This document shows positions 49,710 to 61,066 of a stretch of DNA of 64,000 nt, piece by piece. Every line of letters starts with the position of its first letter. Position 1 is the first letter of the stretch. This DNA comes from Actinomycetota bacterium (lineage in GTDB: Bacteria > Actinomycetota > UBA4738): positions 857-64,856 of the forward strand of contig JBKPAF010000081.1 of NCBI GenBank assembly GCA_046726275.1, read 5' to 3'. The position numbers and the translations under genes were made by a program. The notes beneath the pieces were generated by a model. It was not told the origin of the DNA. It did not search any database and saw nothing but the letters and a program-made list of their open reading frames with translations.

Positions 49710-51460
49710 TCTCCCGAGGCAGAGCAGGACACCGTGACGCCAAACTCGAACCTGGCCCAGGTCGTCCCGTCGGGCTCCAACGTCACGTCCGTGACGGGAA
49801 ACCCCAGATGACCTGAGGCTTCGCCCGTCGAGACGTAGTAGTGGAGGACATCTCCGTGCAGCTCGTGGGCGTCTCCGTCCCCGATGCCCTCCTTGAAATA
49901 CACGTACCCCTTCTCGAACCGTCCCTTCCAGCACGTCTCCTTGGTGCATCCGGGAAGGTCCAGCCCGGCGGCGTCGGACCGCGGCATACCGAGTAGGCCG
50001 CCCGACTCGCCGAGCGCTCGATACTTGTCGTACACGGGTCCGCGAACCCAGAACGCCACTCCTCTGGCCTGGTTCCAGTAGAGTGCCCCGACGGCGAAGC
50101 GCTGGCGTGTGCCCCCGGGCACCGCCTGCTGGCTCGAAGTGGGCATGCCGGGCGCGCACATCAACTTGTCGTACCTGGTGCGGATCACCCCGGTCACCTG
50201 ACCGTTGGCGTTGATCGACACCCGATTGTCCTTCAGCCCGAGCCCCCGCCGGAGCTCGGTGCCGTTGAGGCTGGCCTGCCCGGATGTCCCCACGACGGTG
50301 ACCTTGACCATCCGTCCGGACACGCCGCGGACGGGATCGGCGAACTTCGTGACCGTCCCGATGTTGCCGGTGTACGGACGCAGCCTGGTGGTCACGGTCG
50401 CATCCGACAGGGGTCCCACCTTCCAGATCGTGTTGGGGTTGGCTTCCGTGTAGTCGCCCGGATCGCAGACTCCACGGAGATAGGGCAAGGGGGTCCCGCC
50501 CCACTGGAGCTCGTTGTGTTCGGTGTAGCCGCCGCTCGCGGAGTGGTAATAGGCCTGGATGGGAGCTCCGTTGTACAGAACCACCACGCGGTTGGTGTTC
50601 TGGACCGCGGTGACCCACCGGCTCCCCAGGGGACCGCCTTCCTTGTCCCACCCCGCGTACACCTGGTCTCGGGTGTCGTCGTACAACCCGCAGTTGCAGA
50701 TGGGCCGATGCTGGCCCACCCGCTTCACCTTCTCGAAGGCATAGGTCCGGGCCGCCACTGCCTGGACGCCGAGCGCAGTCATCGGCCACCCGCTCGGCAC
50801 CTCTGCCAGTCCGTAGAGGTAGGACTGGGGAATCAGGGCGATGATCAGGCGTTCGCAGTACGGGACGTTGGGGCAGGACTTGCTCGCGTACAGGTTGAAC
50901 TCCAGATATCCGCGGTTGTAGGTGTGGCCCGCCTGGGGGACCCGGACCTTGCCGATGTTCGCGTACGTGGCGAAGAGGTTCGTCTTGACCCCTCCCCACA
51001 GGTGCCCCCCGACCATCTTCCCCGCCTCGGTCAGCACTCGGTATCTTCCGGACTTGTCGACGAGCACGCGCCAGGTCTCGCCCTTCTGGATGGACCTTCC
51101 TCCGATGAGCTTCCCCTGGGTCGATCCCACCCGAAGCGCCACGGAGCCCGAGACAGCGGAGACGTGCAACGTCTTCGTGGTCTGCACCAGGCCGATCCGA
51201 AGCTTGCTCGGGACCGATGGCGCCGGACCGACCTTGGTGCTCTGGTAGAAGTGCTCGAGGATCCTCGACTGGCTCCAGCCCTTCTTTGCGAGCCCGTACG
51301 CCCCCCACTGAGGAAGCCCGAGACCATGCCCGTAGCCGGACCCGTAGAAGGTGAACGTCCGGGGTTCGGCCGCATGGCCGGAGGCCGGCGAGAGGAGCGA
51401 AACGGCGAGGGTCACGGCTATCAGGGCGGCTGCCCTGCGTACCGGAGTTCGGGCGATCAC
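49694..51460 (-). CDS. Secreted SpoIID/LytB-domain protein with C-terminal LGFP repeats
   Basis: Signal peptide MIARTPVRRAAALIAVTLAVSLLSPASGHA. SpoIID-type motifs: GYGHGLGLPQWGAYG, YHSASGGYTEHNE. LGFP-type repeats: GESGGLLGMPRSD, GEASGHLGFPVTD. The GTG start overlaps the amidase stop (GTGA). Confidence 0.85.
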   Translation of the reverse strand: MIARTPVRRAAALIAVTLAVSLLSPASGHAAEPRTFTFYGSGYGHGLGLPQWGAYGLAKKGWSQSRILEHFYQSTKVGPAPSVPSKLRIGLVQTTKTLHVSAVSGSVALRVGSTQGKLIGGRSIQKGETWRVLVDKSGRYRVLTEAGKMVGGHLWGGVKTNLFATYANIGKVRVPQAGHTYNRGYLEFNLYASKSCPNVPYCERLIIALIPQSYLYGLAEVPSGWPMTALGVQAVAARTYAFEKVKRVGQHRPICNCGLYDDTRDQVYAGWDKEGGPLGSRWVTAVQNTNRVVVLYNGAPIQAYYHSASGGYTEHNELQWGGTPLPYLRGVCDPGDYTEANPNTIWKVGPLSDATVTTRLRPYTGNIGTVTKFADPVRGVSGRMVKVTVVGTSGQASLNGTELRRGLGLKDNRVSINANGQVTGVIRTRYDKLMCAPGMPTSSQQAVPGGTRQRFAVGALYWNQARGVAFWVRGPVYDKYRALGESGGLLGMPRSDAAGLDLPGCTKETCWKGRFEKGYVYFKEGIGDGDAHELHGDVLHYYVSTGEASGHLGFPVTDVTLEPDGTTWARFEFGVTVSCSASGECVEK

Positions 51461-53166
51461 GCGTCACCTGTCCCGGCACCGAATGATGGAGACGCACTGG
51501 GAGACGGGCACGGCGAGGGTGAGGGGGACGGGCTGGGTGAGGCGGAGGGACTCGGGGTAGGACATGGCTCCGGCACAGGATGGATGGTCAGGACGAATTC
51601 CGCGGGCCGGGCTCGGCCGGTCGCGTTCCAGGCCTGCAGGACCACCCGGTAGATGCCCGGCGGCACGGCCTCTCCGTCCCGGGTGAACCCATCCCAGGTG
51701 AGGGAGAACGTCGAGCCACGGCGGGTCCATGCCCTGATGATGTTGTCGTCCTCATCGCGGACCTGGAGGTACCACTTGATCGTGGCCGACGCGGTGGCGC
51801 TCCACCGGACCGACCCCTCACCCGTGATGAACCCCTGAGGCTTCTGTTTCGTGTTGAAGATCTTGGGCAGACCGGTCCGATAGACGACCGATCGGATGGT
51901 GCGCAGGTAAGGGTAGAGATACTTCCCCGGACAGCTCGTGTAGCCGGCGTCGCGGTGTCCGGCGATCGTTCGGAACTTGACCCAGGTCCCGGGCGGGTAC
52001 TTGTTCCCGGTACTGCCACGGGAGTACATCCACACCGAGGCGCTGGGATTGACGTGGGCCCAGTCGAGCCGCCAGGCCAGCAGGCGTTCGATCGCCCGGA
52101 TCATCACCGCTGGAGGCCGGGCGACGTGGAAGTTTCCGATCGCCGACACCGCCACGCTTCCCGTGTTGAAGCCCTTGGTCGCGCCCGGGAGCACGGGGTT
52201 GGTCATGCCGCCGAACCTTCCCTCGAACAGCTGGCCGTACTTGTCCACCAGGAAGTTGTACGCGATATCACACCAACCCAGGCTCTTCGTGTGATACCAG
52301 TAGATGGCCCGGACGATCCCCGGTGACTGGCTTCGGCTGTACCCATTCGCATTGGCCGTGTGGTGAACGAAGGCCATCTTCACTCGCGGCGAGTAGTACG
52401 GCCCGCAATTGCGGTACCGCTCGTTCGCACCCCATCTGGCCCGGGTGGTGATTCCCGGTTTCTGGGTCATGGCCTCGGCGGAGGGTACGCCCAGGAGTTG
52501 ACGCGGGCCAACCGCGCCCGCCGGCGTCGAAGCCTTCCCCCGGGCTGTTCCCTCGGTGTTGATGTATACGGCCCGCATGTCGGACAGCTCGCTGTTCGCC
52601 GGAAGCGTGAGCTCGATGCGCGCGCACTCGGCGGTTCCGACCCACACGAGCCCGGTCCCGGTGCGGCCGGCCAGGGACTCCCGTGAGCCGGCATCGGGTC
52701 CTTCGTCCATCGACTCCGTGTCGAGGGGGCGGCTCCAGCGCCGGGAGTCGAGCCCGGCCCAGACCCGCGCCCTGATGACTCCGTCACCCCGCTGCTTCCA
52801 GGTGAGCGCCACCGCGGTGAACCGGATCGGGGGGCACACGGCCATCGGCCGGAGCGTGACGCCCCGGCGGATCCGGACACCTCCCGCGATTTCCTCGAGG
52901 GAGCCGGCGGGCGCCTTGGCCAGCAGCGCCGGGCCTCGGATCGACATCGCCCGGGACTCCGTCGCGGGGATCCCACCCGGAAGGGTCCGCCCCATCAACG
53001 GAGTGGGAAACCAAGTGAACGCCGTCAATGACAGCGCGAGCGAGCCGACAGCCGCGGCACGGCGCACCAGTGGTGACGGCGAATGGTGCTCTTGGCGCGT
53101 ACTCGATCGCATGACTCGAACCCAGAGAGAGGCGAGGCGCCCCGGACCGCGTTTGCCCCTAGGCAT
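51457..53166 (-). CDS. N-acetylmuramoyl-L-alanine amidase (amidase_2/PGRP type) with FlgD-Ig-like domain and a Pro/Ser tail
   Basis: MAFVHHTANANGYSRSQSPGIVRAIYWYHTKSLGWCDIAYNFLVDKYGQLFEGR...GHRDAGYTSCPG. Then WDGFTRDGEAVPPGIYRVVLQAWN, then PSPSASPSPSPSPSPCPSPSASPS. The start may instead be the internal ATG at 53112. Confidence 0.85.
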   Translation of the reverse strand: MPRGKRGPGRLASLWVRVMRSSTRQEHHSPSPLVRRAAAVGSLALSLTAFTWFPTPLMGRTLPGGIPATESRAMSIRGPALLAKAPAGSLEEIAGGVRIRRGVTLRPMAVCPPIRFTAVALTWKQRGDGVIRARVWAGLDSRRWSRPLDTESMDEGPDAGSRESLAGRTGTGLVWVGTAECARIELTLPANSELSDMRAVYINTEGTARGKASTPAGAVGPRQLLGVPSAEAMTQKPGITTRARWGANERYRNCGPYYSPRVKMAFVHHTANANGYSRSQSPGIVRAIYWYHTKSLGWCDIAYNFLVDKYGQLFEGRFGGMTNPVLPGATKGFNTGSVAVSAIGNFHVARPPAVMIRAIERLLAWRLDWAHVNPSASVWMYSRGSTGNKYPPGTWVKFRTIAGHRDAGYTSCPGKYLYPYLRTIRSVVYRTGLPKIFNTKQKPQGFITGEGSVRWSATASATIKWYLQVRDEDDNIIRAWTRRGSTFSLTWDGFTRDGEAVPPGIYRVVLQAWNATGRARPAEFVLTIHPVPEPCPTPSPSASPSPSPSPSPCPSPSASPSFGAGTGDA

Positions 53167-53263
53167 CGGCCGTCCCCCCCGGGGCCCTTAGCCAACCATC
53201 CGGCCCGGGGTCTTGGGAAGGGGAGAAAGGTAAAGAAACCCACGCGCCGAACGCCAGAAACTG

Positions 53264-53306
53264 ACAAAAGGAGGCCCGGGCACCCCCCACGGGTGCCCGG
53301 GCCTCC
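53264..53306 (-). terminator. Rho-independent terminator after rpoC
   Basis: 16-bp perfect GC-rich stem (53270-53285 pairs with 53291-53306) with a 5-nt loop. On the minus strand it is followed by TTTTGT. It begins 21 nt after the rpoC stop. Confidence 0.8.
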
Positions 53307-53326
53307 TGGTTCGCTTCAGACCGTGG

Positions 53327-56300
53327 CTAGCCTTCGTCTCTGCCGGTGAAGGCGCCACCAAGGGCCTGTTCGGCCTCCTCGCGCGTCATCGTCCCCAGAG
53401 GCGTCTGGGGCTCGGCTCCAGCCTCCCGAGCCTCTGCCAGCTCGCGCTGGCGGGCCAGCCAGTACTCGGGGATGGAATCAGGGTCGATCCGCACCCGGAT
53501 GTTCCGGTACCGGCCCATGCCGGTCCCCGCCGGGATCAACTTGCCGATGATGACGTTCTCCTTCAATCCGAGGAGAGGATCGGACCGTGCGCTGATGGCG
53601 GCCTCGGTGAGGACCCGGGTGGTCTCCTGGAACGATGCTGCGGCCAACCAGGAATCCGTGGCCAGCGAAGCCTTGGTGATGCCCATGAGGATGGGCCGGG
53701 CCGACGCTGCCGACTCGGCCTTTCCGCTCGACTGCACAACCTCGGCGTTGCGCTCCTCGAACCGCTTCCGGTCCACGAGCTCGCCGGGGAGGAAGTCGGT
53801 GTCACCGGGCTCGATGATGTGCACCTTGCGCAGCATCTGCCGGATGATCAGCTCGATGTGCTTGTCGTGGATGGTCACTCCCTGCGACCGGTACACCTGC
53901 TGGACCTCGTCCACCAGGAACATCTGCAGGGACTGAACGCCCTCCACGCGCAGCTTCTCGTGTGGGTTCACCGACCCCTCGGTGAGCTGCTGCCCCACCT
54001 CCACCTCTTCGCCGTCGGAGACAGCCAGCCGCGCACGCATGGACACCGCGTACTGCACCTGGTCCCCGTCCTCGGAGGTCACGGTGACGCGGCGAACCTT
54101 CTTCTCCTCGTCCTCGTCGACCTCGACCCGTCCGGCCAGCTCGGTGATGACGGCCTCGCCCTTCGGCTTGCGAGCCTCGAACAGCTCGACCACCCGGGGC
54201 AGTCCGTGGGTGATGTCCTCGCCGGCCACACCACCCGTGTGGAAGGTCCGCATGGTCAGCTGGGTGCCCGGCTCCCCGATCGACTGAGCCGCGATGATCC
54301 CCACGGCCTCACCGATGTCGACTGAACGCCCCGTCGCCATGTTCCGGCCGTAGCACGCACGGCAGACCCCGACCACGGCGTCGCAGGTCAGCGTGGACCG
54401 GACGAACACCGTCTCGATGCCGTGCTCCGTGGCCCCGGAGAGAAGCGTCTGCATCTCCGCGTCGCCCACCAGCGTGTTCCTGGCCACCACCGTGGTCCGC
54501 CCAGCCTTGACGTCCTCCGCCAGCACCCGGCCGAACAGCTTGGTGTCCAGGATGGACCTGGTGATCAGCTCGAGTCTTCCATCTGGTGTCCTGTGGCCGA
54601 TCCGGACAGGGAGACCGCGGTCGGTCCCGCAGTCCTCCTCCCGGACGATGACCTCCTGGGCCACGTCGACCAGACGACGGGTCAGGTATCCGGAGTCTGC
54701 GGTTCGCAAAGCGGTGTCCGCCAGACCCTTTCGGGCTCCGTGCGTGGAGATGAAGTACTCCAGGACCGTGAGGCCTTCCCGGAAATTGGCCTTGATCGGG
54801 CGGGGGATGATCTCGCCCTTCGGGTTCGCCACGAGCCCTCGCATCCCGGTGATCTGGCGGATCTGTTGGAGGGTCCCTCGGGCACCGGAGTAGGCCATCA
54901 TGTAGATCGGGTTGCGTTCGGTGAAGTTGGCCTCCATGGCATCCTTCACCTCGTCGGTGGCCTCGGTCCAGATCTGGATCAGCTCCTGGCGACGCTCCTC
55001 GTCGGTGATGATGCCGCGGCGGTACTGCTGCTCGATCTTCTCCGCCCGCTTCTCATGGATGTCGAGGATCTTCGACTTCTCCTTCGGCGTGATCACGTCG
55101 TCCAGCCCGATCGTGACACCCGCCCGGGTGGAGTAGTGGAATCCGAGGTGCTTCAGGTTGTCGAGGATCACCTCGACGGTGGCCCGGTCGTAGACGCTGA
55201 CGCACTCGTCGACGATGCTGCCCACGTCGCCCTTCTGGACGTGGTGATTGATGAACTCGAAGTCGGCGGGGAAGGCCTCGTTGAAGATCACCCGTCCAAC
55301 AGTGGTCTCGACCACCGGGCCGGGACCCTCCCCGTTTCCTTCCCAGCCTTCCGGAAGCATCTCCGGGGCGAAGGACTTCCCCTCGAGCCGAACCTTGATG
55401 ACGTCGTGCAGGTCGACCGTTCCCGAGTCGAGCGCCATCAGGGCCTCGTCTGCGGAGCCGAACCGCCTGATCTCCTCGTCCTTCTCCGGCCGGGGGTTGG
55501 CGATCGTCAGGTAGTAGATGCCCAGGATCATGTCCTGGGTGGGTACAGCGATGGGCCGGCCGTGGGCCGGGGACAGGATGTTGTTCGTCGAGAGCATCAG
55601 GACCCTGGCCTCGGCCTGGGCCTCCGCCGACAGGGGAACGTGCACGGCCATCTGGTCTCCGTCGAAGTCGGCGTTGAACGCCGTGCATACCAACGGGTGG
55701 ATCTGGATGGCCTTGCCTTCCACCAGCACCGGCTCGAAGGCCTGGATGCCCAGGCGGTGCAGCGTCGGAGCACGGTTCAACATCACCGGGTGCTCCTGGA
55801 TGACCTCCTCCAGGACGTCCCACACCTGGGGACGGGCCCGCTCCACCATCCGCTTGGCGCTCTTGATGTTCTGGGCCAGATTCAGGTCGACCAGCCGCTT
55901 CATCACGAACGGCTTGAACAGCTCGAGGGCCATCTGCTTGGGCAGGCCGCACTGGTGCAGCCTGAGCTGCGGACCGACCACGATGACCGATCGGCCCGAG
56001 TAGTCGACGCGCTTGCCCAGGAGATTCTGCCGGAACCGGCCCTGCTTGCCCTTCAGCATGTCCGAGATGGACTTGAGGGGCCTATTGCCTGGCCCCGTGA
56101 CCGGCCGCCCTCGGCGGCCGTTGTCGAAGAGGGCATCGACGGCCTCCTGCAGCATCCGCTTCTCGTTGTTCACGATGATCTCGGGCGCCTGGAGGTCCAA
56201 GAGGCGCTTCAGCCGGTTGTTCCGGTTGATGACCCGACGGTAGAGGTCGTTGAGGTCGCTGGTGGCGAACCGGCCGCCGTCCAGCTGGACCATGGGACGG

Positions 56301-57271
56301 AGGTCGGGCGGGATGACGGGCACGGCGTCCAGGACCATCCCCAGCGGCGAGTTCTTGGTGTTCGTGAAGTGCGACACCACCTTGAGCCGCTTGATGGCCT
56401 TCTGCCGGCGGGTTCCCTTGGCCGTCTTGATCTGCTCGCGCAGGAACTCGGCCTCGGCCTCCAGGTCCAGGTCGATCAGCAGGCGCTTGATGGCTTCGGC
56501 GCCCATGCCTCCCTCGAAGTAGTCGCCGAAGCGCTCCCGGAGCGACCGGTAGACCGCGTCGTCGGCCACGAGCTGCTTGACCGAAAGGTTCTTGAACGCG
56601 GACAGGACGTCGTCCAGGTGCTGGGCTTCCTGCCGAGCGGCCTCGGTGATCTTCTCGACGTCCCGCTGGGCCTCCCGGCGGGCAGCGGAGAGCTGGGCGC
56701 CCTTGGCCTTCTCCGACTCCATGTCGCGGAGCCGGTCCTCCAGCTCGGACAGCCGCTTGGAGATGGCTTGGTCCCGCTGGGTGTCGATCTGCTTCTTCTC
56801 GGCGTCCAGGTCCTTCTCGATCTCCGGCAGGTCCTTGTGGCGCCTGTCGGTCTCGACCCTGGTGACGATGTACGCGGCGAAGTAGATGACCTTCTCCAGG
56901 TCCTTCGGGGCGAGGTCCAGAAGATAGCCGAGGCGGCTGGGGACGCCCTTGAAGTACCAGATGTGGGTCACGGGAGCGGCTAGCTCGATGTGGCCCATCC
57001 GGTCTCGGCGGACCTTCGAGCGGGTGATCTCCACGCCGCACCGCTCGCAGATGATGCCCTTGAACCGGACCCTCTTGTACTTGCCGCAGTGGCACTCCCA
57101 GTCCCGGGTCGGTCCGAAGATCCGCTCGCAGAACAAGCCATCCTTCTCCGGCTTGAGCGTCCGGTAGTTGATTGTCTCCGGCTTCTTGACCTCGCCGTTC
57201 GACCACGCGCGGATCTGGTCGGCCGTGGCCAGCCCGATCCTCAGTTCATCGAAGTAGTTGACATCGAGCAC
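53327..57271 (-). CDS. rpoC: DNA-directed RNA polymerase subunit beta-prime
   Basis: 1314 aa. Motifs [22 protein letters not shown] and [12 protein letters not shown]. Confidence 0.99.
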   Translation of the reverse strand: MLDVNYFDELRIGLATADQIRAWSNGEVKKPETINYRTLKPEKDGLFCERIFGPTRDWECHCGKYKRVRFKGIICERCGVEITRSKVRRDRMGHIELAAPVTHIWYFKGVPSRLGYLLDLAPKDLEKVIYFAAYIVTRVETDRRHKDLPEIEKDLDAEKKQIDTQRDQAISKRLSELEDRLRDMESEKAKGAQLSAARREAQRDVEKITEAARQEAQHLDDVLSAFKNLSVKQLVADDAVYRSLRERFGDYFEGGMGAEAIKRLLIDLDLEAEAEFLREQIKTAKGTRRQKAIKRLKVVSHFTNTKNSPLGMVLDAVPVIPPDLRPMVQLDGGRFATSDLNDLYRRVINRNNRLKRLLDLQAPEIIVNNEKRMLQEAVDALFDNGRRGRPVTGPGNRPLKSISDMLKGKQGRFRQNLLGKRVDYSGRSVIVVGPQLRLHQCGLPKQMALELFKPFVMKRLVDLNLAQNIKSAKRMVERARPQVWDVLEEVIQEHPVMLNRAPTLHRLGIQAFEPVLVEGKAIQIHPLVCTAFNADFDGDQMAVHVPLSAEAQAEARVLMLSTNNILSPAHGRPIAVPTQDMILGIYYLTIANPRPEKDEEIRRFGSADEALMALDSGTVDLHDVIKVRLEGKSFAPEMLPEGWEGNGEGPGPVVETTVGRVIFNEAFPADFEFINHHVQKGDVGSIVDECVSVYDRATVEVILDNLKHLGFHYSTRAGVTIGLDDVITPKEKSKILDIHEKRAEKIEQQYRRGIITDEERRQELIQIWTEATDEVKDAMEANFTERNPIYMMAYSGARGTLQQIRQITGMRGLVANPKGEIIPRPIKANFREGLTVLEYFISTHGARKGLADTALRTADSGYLTRRLVDVAQEVIVREEDCGTDRGLPVRIGHRTPDGRLELITRSILDTKLFGRVLAEDVKAGRTTVVARNTLVGDAEMQTLLSGATEHGIETVFVRSTLTCDAVVGVCRACYGRNMATGRSVDIGEAVGIIAAQSIGEPGTQLTMRTFHTGGVAGEDITHGLPRVVELFEARKPKGEAVITELAGRVEVDEDEEKKVRRVTVTSEDGDQVQYAVSMRARLAVSDGEEVEVGQQLTEGSVNPHEKLRVEGVQSLQMFLVDEVQQVYRSQGVTIHDKHIELIIRQMLRKVHIIEPGDTDFLPGELVDRKRFEERNAEVVQSSGKAESAASARPILMGITKASLATDSWLAAASFQETTRVLTEAAISARSDPLLGLKENVIIGKLIPAGTGMGRYRNIRVRIDPDSIPEYWLARQRELAEAREAGAEPQTPLGTMTREEAEQALGGAFTGRDEG

Positions 57272-57330
57272 TAGCTCTGCGCTCCCTTCTTTAACTCACC
57301 CTGGCGCGCTGAGGTCGGCGCGCCGGCACC

Positions 57331-60300
57331 TCAGTCAAAGTCCGCTCCGGCTGGTTCTCTCCGGGAGAGGTCGATGCCGAGCTCCTCGGCGGCCCGGAAC
57401 ACGTCCTCGTCGGTCTCGCGCATCTCGATCTCCTTGCCCTCCGCCGAGAGCACCTCGACGTTCAGGCACAGGGACTGCATCTCTTTGATCAGGACCTTGA
57501 ACGACTCGGGGATCCCAGGCTCGGGGATGTTCTCGCCCTTGACGATGGCCTCGTACACCTTGACCCGGCCGAGCACGTCGTCCGACTTGATGGTGAGCAG
57601 CTCCTGCAGGGCATAGGCGGCACCGTAAGCCTCCAGGGCCCACACCTCCATCTCCCCGAACCGCTGGCCCCCGAACTGCGCCTTTCCACCCAGTGGCTGC
57701 TGGGTGATCATCGAGTACGGACCGGTGCTCCGGGCGTGGATCTTGTCGTCCACCAGGTGGAGCAGCTTCATGATGTAGATGTAGCCGACCGTCACCGGCA
57801 CGTCGAAGGGCTCCCCGCTCCGGCCGTCGAACAGGATGGCCTTCCCGGCCTCGTTCACCAGGGAGTACCCCTCCCAGGACGAGTTCGCCGAGTCGAGCGC
57901 CTCCAGGATGTCGCCCTCACGGGCACCGTCGAACACCGGCGAGGCCACGAACATCGAGTCGGCGGGCCAGTGGCTGCCAGCAACCTGGGAGTCGTCCGGC
58001 CGGGATCCGTCGCCCGGTGTCGGAGCCGGCGTCTGCCCGTTCCTGAACCCGACCCTGGCGGCCCATCCGAGGTGCGCCTCGAGCACCTGACCGAGGTTCA
58101 TCCGGGACGGCACTCCCAGCGGGTTCAGCACGATGTCCACGGCGGTCCCGTCGGGGAGGAACGGCATGTCCTCCTCCGGGAGGATCTTCGCAATGACCCC
58201 CTTGTTCCCGTGGCGGCCGGCCAGCTTGTCGCCGTCGGAGATCTTGCGCTTCTGCGCAACGTAGACCCGCACCAGCTCGTTCACACCGGGCGCGAGCTCG
58301 TCGCCCGCATCTCGCGAGAACACCCGGACCCCGATGACCTTGCCCGATTCCCCGTGGCGCATCTTCAGCGAGGTGTCTCGAACTTCGCGGGCCTTCTCAC
58401 CGAAGATGGCCCGGAGCAGGCGCTCCTCCGGGGTCAGCTCGGTCTCACCCTTGGGGGTGACCTTGCCGACCAGGTAGTCGCCGGGGTTGACCTCGGCTCC
58501 CACCCGGACGATCCCGCGCTCGTCGAGGTCCTTCAGGATCTCCTCTGACACGTTCGGGATGTCCCGGGTGATCTCCTCCGGACCCAGCTTGGTATCCCGA
58601 GCATCGACCTCGTGCTCCTCGATGTGGATCGAGGTGAGAACGTCGTCCTTCACCAGCCGCTCGGACAGCACGATGGCGTCCTCGTAGTTGTGGCCCTCCC
58701 AGGGCATGAACGCCACCAGCAGGTTCTTGCCGAGCGCCAGCTCGCCCTGCTCGGTGGACGGCCCATCGGCGATGACCTGTCCCTTCTTCACGTGATCGCC
58801 CGATCGGACCATGGGCTTCTGGTTGATGCACGTCCCCTGGTTCGACCGGCGGAACTTGAGCAGCGGGTAAGTCCGGAGCTCTCCCGTCCGGGCTCGGATG
58901 ACGATGTCGTCGGCGGAGACTTCCTCCACCACGCCGCCGACATCCGAGACGATCACGTCGCCGGCGTCGACCGCGGCCCGGAACTCGACGCCCGTCCCGA
59001 TGAGCGGCGCCTCCGCTCTCAGGAGCGGAACCGCCTGGCGCTGCATGTTCGCGCCCATCAGGGCTCGGTTGGCGTCGTCGTGCTCGAGGAACGGGATCAG
59101 CGCGGCGGCCACCGACACGATCTGCTTGGGCGAGACGTCCATGTAGTCGACCTCGTTCGGCGGGACGAAGTCCACCTCACCGCCCTTGCGACGGACCAGC
59201 ACGTGATCCTCGGTGAAACGCCCCCGGGCGTCGACGGGCGTGTTGGCCTGGGCGATGACGTGCTTGTCCTCCTCGTCCGCCGTCAGATAGTCGATCTGGT
59301 CGGTGACCCGGCCCTTCTCCACCTTGCGGTACGGGGTCTCCACGAAGCCGAACTCGTTGATCCGCCCGTACGTGGACAGCGTCCCGATCAATCCGATGTT
59401 CGGACCCTCCGGCGTCTCGATCGGGCACATCCGCCCGTAGTGCGACGGGTGCACGTCGCGGACCTCGAACCCGGCCCGCTCCCGGGACAGCCCGCCGGGC
59501 CCGAGGGCCGACAGGCGCCGCTTGTGGGTGAGCCCCGCGAGGGGGTTCGTCTGGTCCATGAACTGGGAGAGCTGGGAGGTCCCAAAGAACTCCTTGATGG
59601 CCGCCACCACCGGGCGGATGTTGATGAGGGTCTGCGGCGTGATGGCCTCGACATCCTGGGTCGTCATCCGCTCCCGCACCACCCGCTCCATCCGGGTCAG
59701 CCCCAGGCGCACCTGATTCTGGATCAGCTCGCCCACGGACCGGATGCGACGGTTGCCGAAGTGGTCGATGTCGTCGACCCCGTACCCCTCCTCGCCCGCG
59801 TGGAGCTTGGCCAGGTACTGCACCGTCTTGGCGATGTCCTCGAACGTCAGGACGCCCTTGAACAAGGGGGCCGCCTTGTCCTTCTCCCCGCTGTATGGCT
59901 CGGCGAACACCCTCCATCGCGGCTGTTCCCAGTCCTTCTTGTCGGGGTTGTCCTTCTCTTTCAGCGCGTCGAACTTGGCCTTGAGCTGCTTGCGAGCCAG
60001 GTCGCTGGCCGGCCCCAGCTTCTTGCCCACCTTGTACCGGCCGACCTTGGCGAGGTCGTATCGCTTGGGATTGAAGAAGAGGTTCTCCAGAAGGGTCTGG
60101 GCGGACTCGGCCGTCGGGGGCTCGCCAGGCCGAAGCTTCCGGTAGATGTCCTCGAGGGCCTCCTCCTGCGTCTTGAAGTGGTCCTTCTCCAGGGTGGCCA
60201 CGATGGACGGGGCATTGTCGAACAGGTCGAGGATCTCCTCCTCCGTCCACCCGAGGGCCTTGAGCAGCACGGTCACGTTCTGCCGGCGCTTGCGGTCGAT

Positions 60301-60843
60301 CCTGACGCCCACAGTGTCTCGCTTGTCCACCTCGAACTCGAGCCACGCCCCGCGAGACGGGATGACCTTGGCAAGGTAGATGTCTTTGTCGGAGGTCTTG
60401 TCGAGCTCCTTGCTGAAGTAGACGCCGGGACTGCGGACCAGCTGCGACACGACGACCCGCTCGGTCCCATTGATCACGAAGGTGCCCTTGTCGGTCATCA
60501 TGGGGAAGTCGCCCATGAAGACCTCCTGCTCCTTGATCTCCCCTGTTTCCTTGTTGATGAAGGCCGCCTCGACGAACAAAGGAGCCGAGAAGGTCATGTC
60601 CTTGTCCTTGCACTCCTCGACGGAGTACTTGATCTCCTTGAACTGGTGGTTGCCGAAAGCGAGCTGATACGTCTCGGTGAAGTCCTCGATCGGGGAGACC
60701 TCCGAGAGGACCTCGGCGAGACCATCGCTCAGGAGCCAGTCGAACGACTGCCGCTGGATTCCGATCAGGTCGGGGAGGGGCAGCACCTCCGGGATCCGGG
60801 AGAAAGAGACGCGCTCACGACCAGGCACGATGACTTCAGGCAA
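57331..60843 (-). CDS. rpoB: DNA-directed RNA polymerase subunit beta
   Basis: 1170 aa. Motifs [32 protein letters not shown] and [11 protein letters not shown] start with AGGAGGG 8 nt upstream. Confidence 0.99.
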   Translation of the reverse strand: MPEVIVPGRERVSFSRIPEVLPLPDLIGIQRQSFDWLLSDGLAEVLSEVSPIEDFTETYQLAFGNHQFKEIKYSVEECKDKDMTFSAPLFVEAAFINKETGEIKEQEVFMGDFPMMTDKGTFVINGTERVVVSQLVRSPGVYFSKELDKTSDKDIYLAKVIPSRGAWLEFEVDKRDTVGVRIDRKRRQNVTVLLKALGWTEEEILDLFDNAPSIVATLEKDHFKTQEEALEDIYRKLRPGEPPTAESAQTLLENLFFNPKRYDLAKVGRYKVGKKLGPASDLARKQLKAKFDALKEKDNPDKKDWEQPRWRVFAEPYSGEKDKAAPLFKGVLTFEDIAKTVQYLAKLHAGEEGYGVDDIDHFGNRRIRSVGELIQNQVRLGLTRMERVVRERMTTQDVEAITPQTLINIRPVVAAIKEFFGTSQLSQFMDQTNPLAGLTHKRRLSALGPGGLSRERAGFEVRDVHPSHYGRMCPIETPEGPNIGLIGTLSTYGRINEFGFVETPYRKVEKGRVTDQIDYLTADEEDKHVIAQANTPVDARGRFTEDHVLVRRKGGEVDFVPPNEVDYMDVSPKQIVSVAAALIPFLEHDDANRALMGANMQRQAVPLLRAEAPLIGTGVEFRAAVDAGDVIVSDVGGVVEEVSADDIVIRARTGELRTYPLLKFRRSNQGTCINQKPMVRSGDHVKKGQVIADGPSTEQGELALGKNLLVAFMPWEGHNYEDAIVLSERLVKDDVLTSIHIEEHEVDARDTKLGPEEITRDIPNVSEEILKDLDERGIVRVGAEVNPGDYLVGKVTPKGETELTPEERLLRAIFGEKAREVRDTSLKMRHGESGKVIGVRVFSRDAGDELAPGVNELVRVYVAQKRKISDGDKLAGRHGNKGVIAKILPEEDMPFLPDGTAVDIVLNPLGVPSRMNLGQVLEAHLGWAARVGFRNGQTPAPTPGDGSRPDDSQVAGSHWPADSMFVASPVFDGAREGDILEALDSANSSWEGYSLVNEAGKAILFDGRSGEPFDVPVTVGYIYIMKLLHLVDDKIHARSTGPYSMITQQPLGGKAQFGGQRFGEMEVWALEAYGAAYALQELLTIKSDDVLGRVKVYEAIVKGENIPEPGIPESFKVLIKEMQSLCLNVEVLSAEGKEIEMRETDEDVFRAAEELGIDLSRREPAGADFD

Positions 60844-60911
60844 AAAGGATCCCTCCTAGAGGAAGAGACGCGACAAACAGGCGCTCGCGGGAGACGGCAC
60901 GGCAAACGAGC

Positions 60912-60940
60912 AGTATAGGACTCCAGGCACGCAAAATCAA
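60912..60940 (-). promoter_or_regulatory. Candidate promoter of rpoB-rpoC
   Basis: Minus strand reads TTGATT-N17-TATACT, about 70 nt upstream of the rpoB start. Confidence 0.5.
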
Positions 60941-61066
60941 GCGGGGCGGGGGGCTCACGAAGTCTTCCAACAGCCCCCACCCGGCTTCTATTCCGGGGGA
61001 TTGTAGCCCATTGCGCCCCGGTGCGGAAGACCCACTCCGCCAACCGGGCGGCCGTACAGTTGGGGG

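Noticed and set aside
49690-49712. Canonical -1 programmed frameshift heptamer at the SpoIID/DUF11 junction
   Set aside because: The sequence GTC GAA AAA TAG does not fit the X XXY YYZ pattern, and I see no obvious downstream pseudoknot. Only simple P-site slippage on A5, or an indel, remains plausible; this is reported as a finding with that caveat.
51470-51560. Short tandem-repeat-like DNA (gggtgagg/gggacgg units)
   Set aside because: It is the coding sequence of the Pro/Ser-rich tail of the amidase (PSPSASPSPSPSPSP). It has no spacer-repeat organisation, so it is not a CRISPR array or a non-coding repeat.
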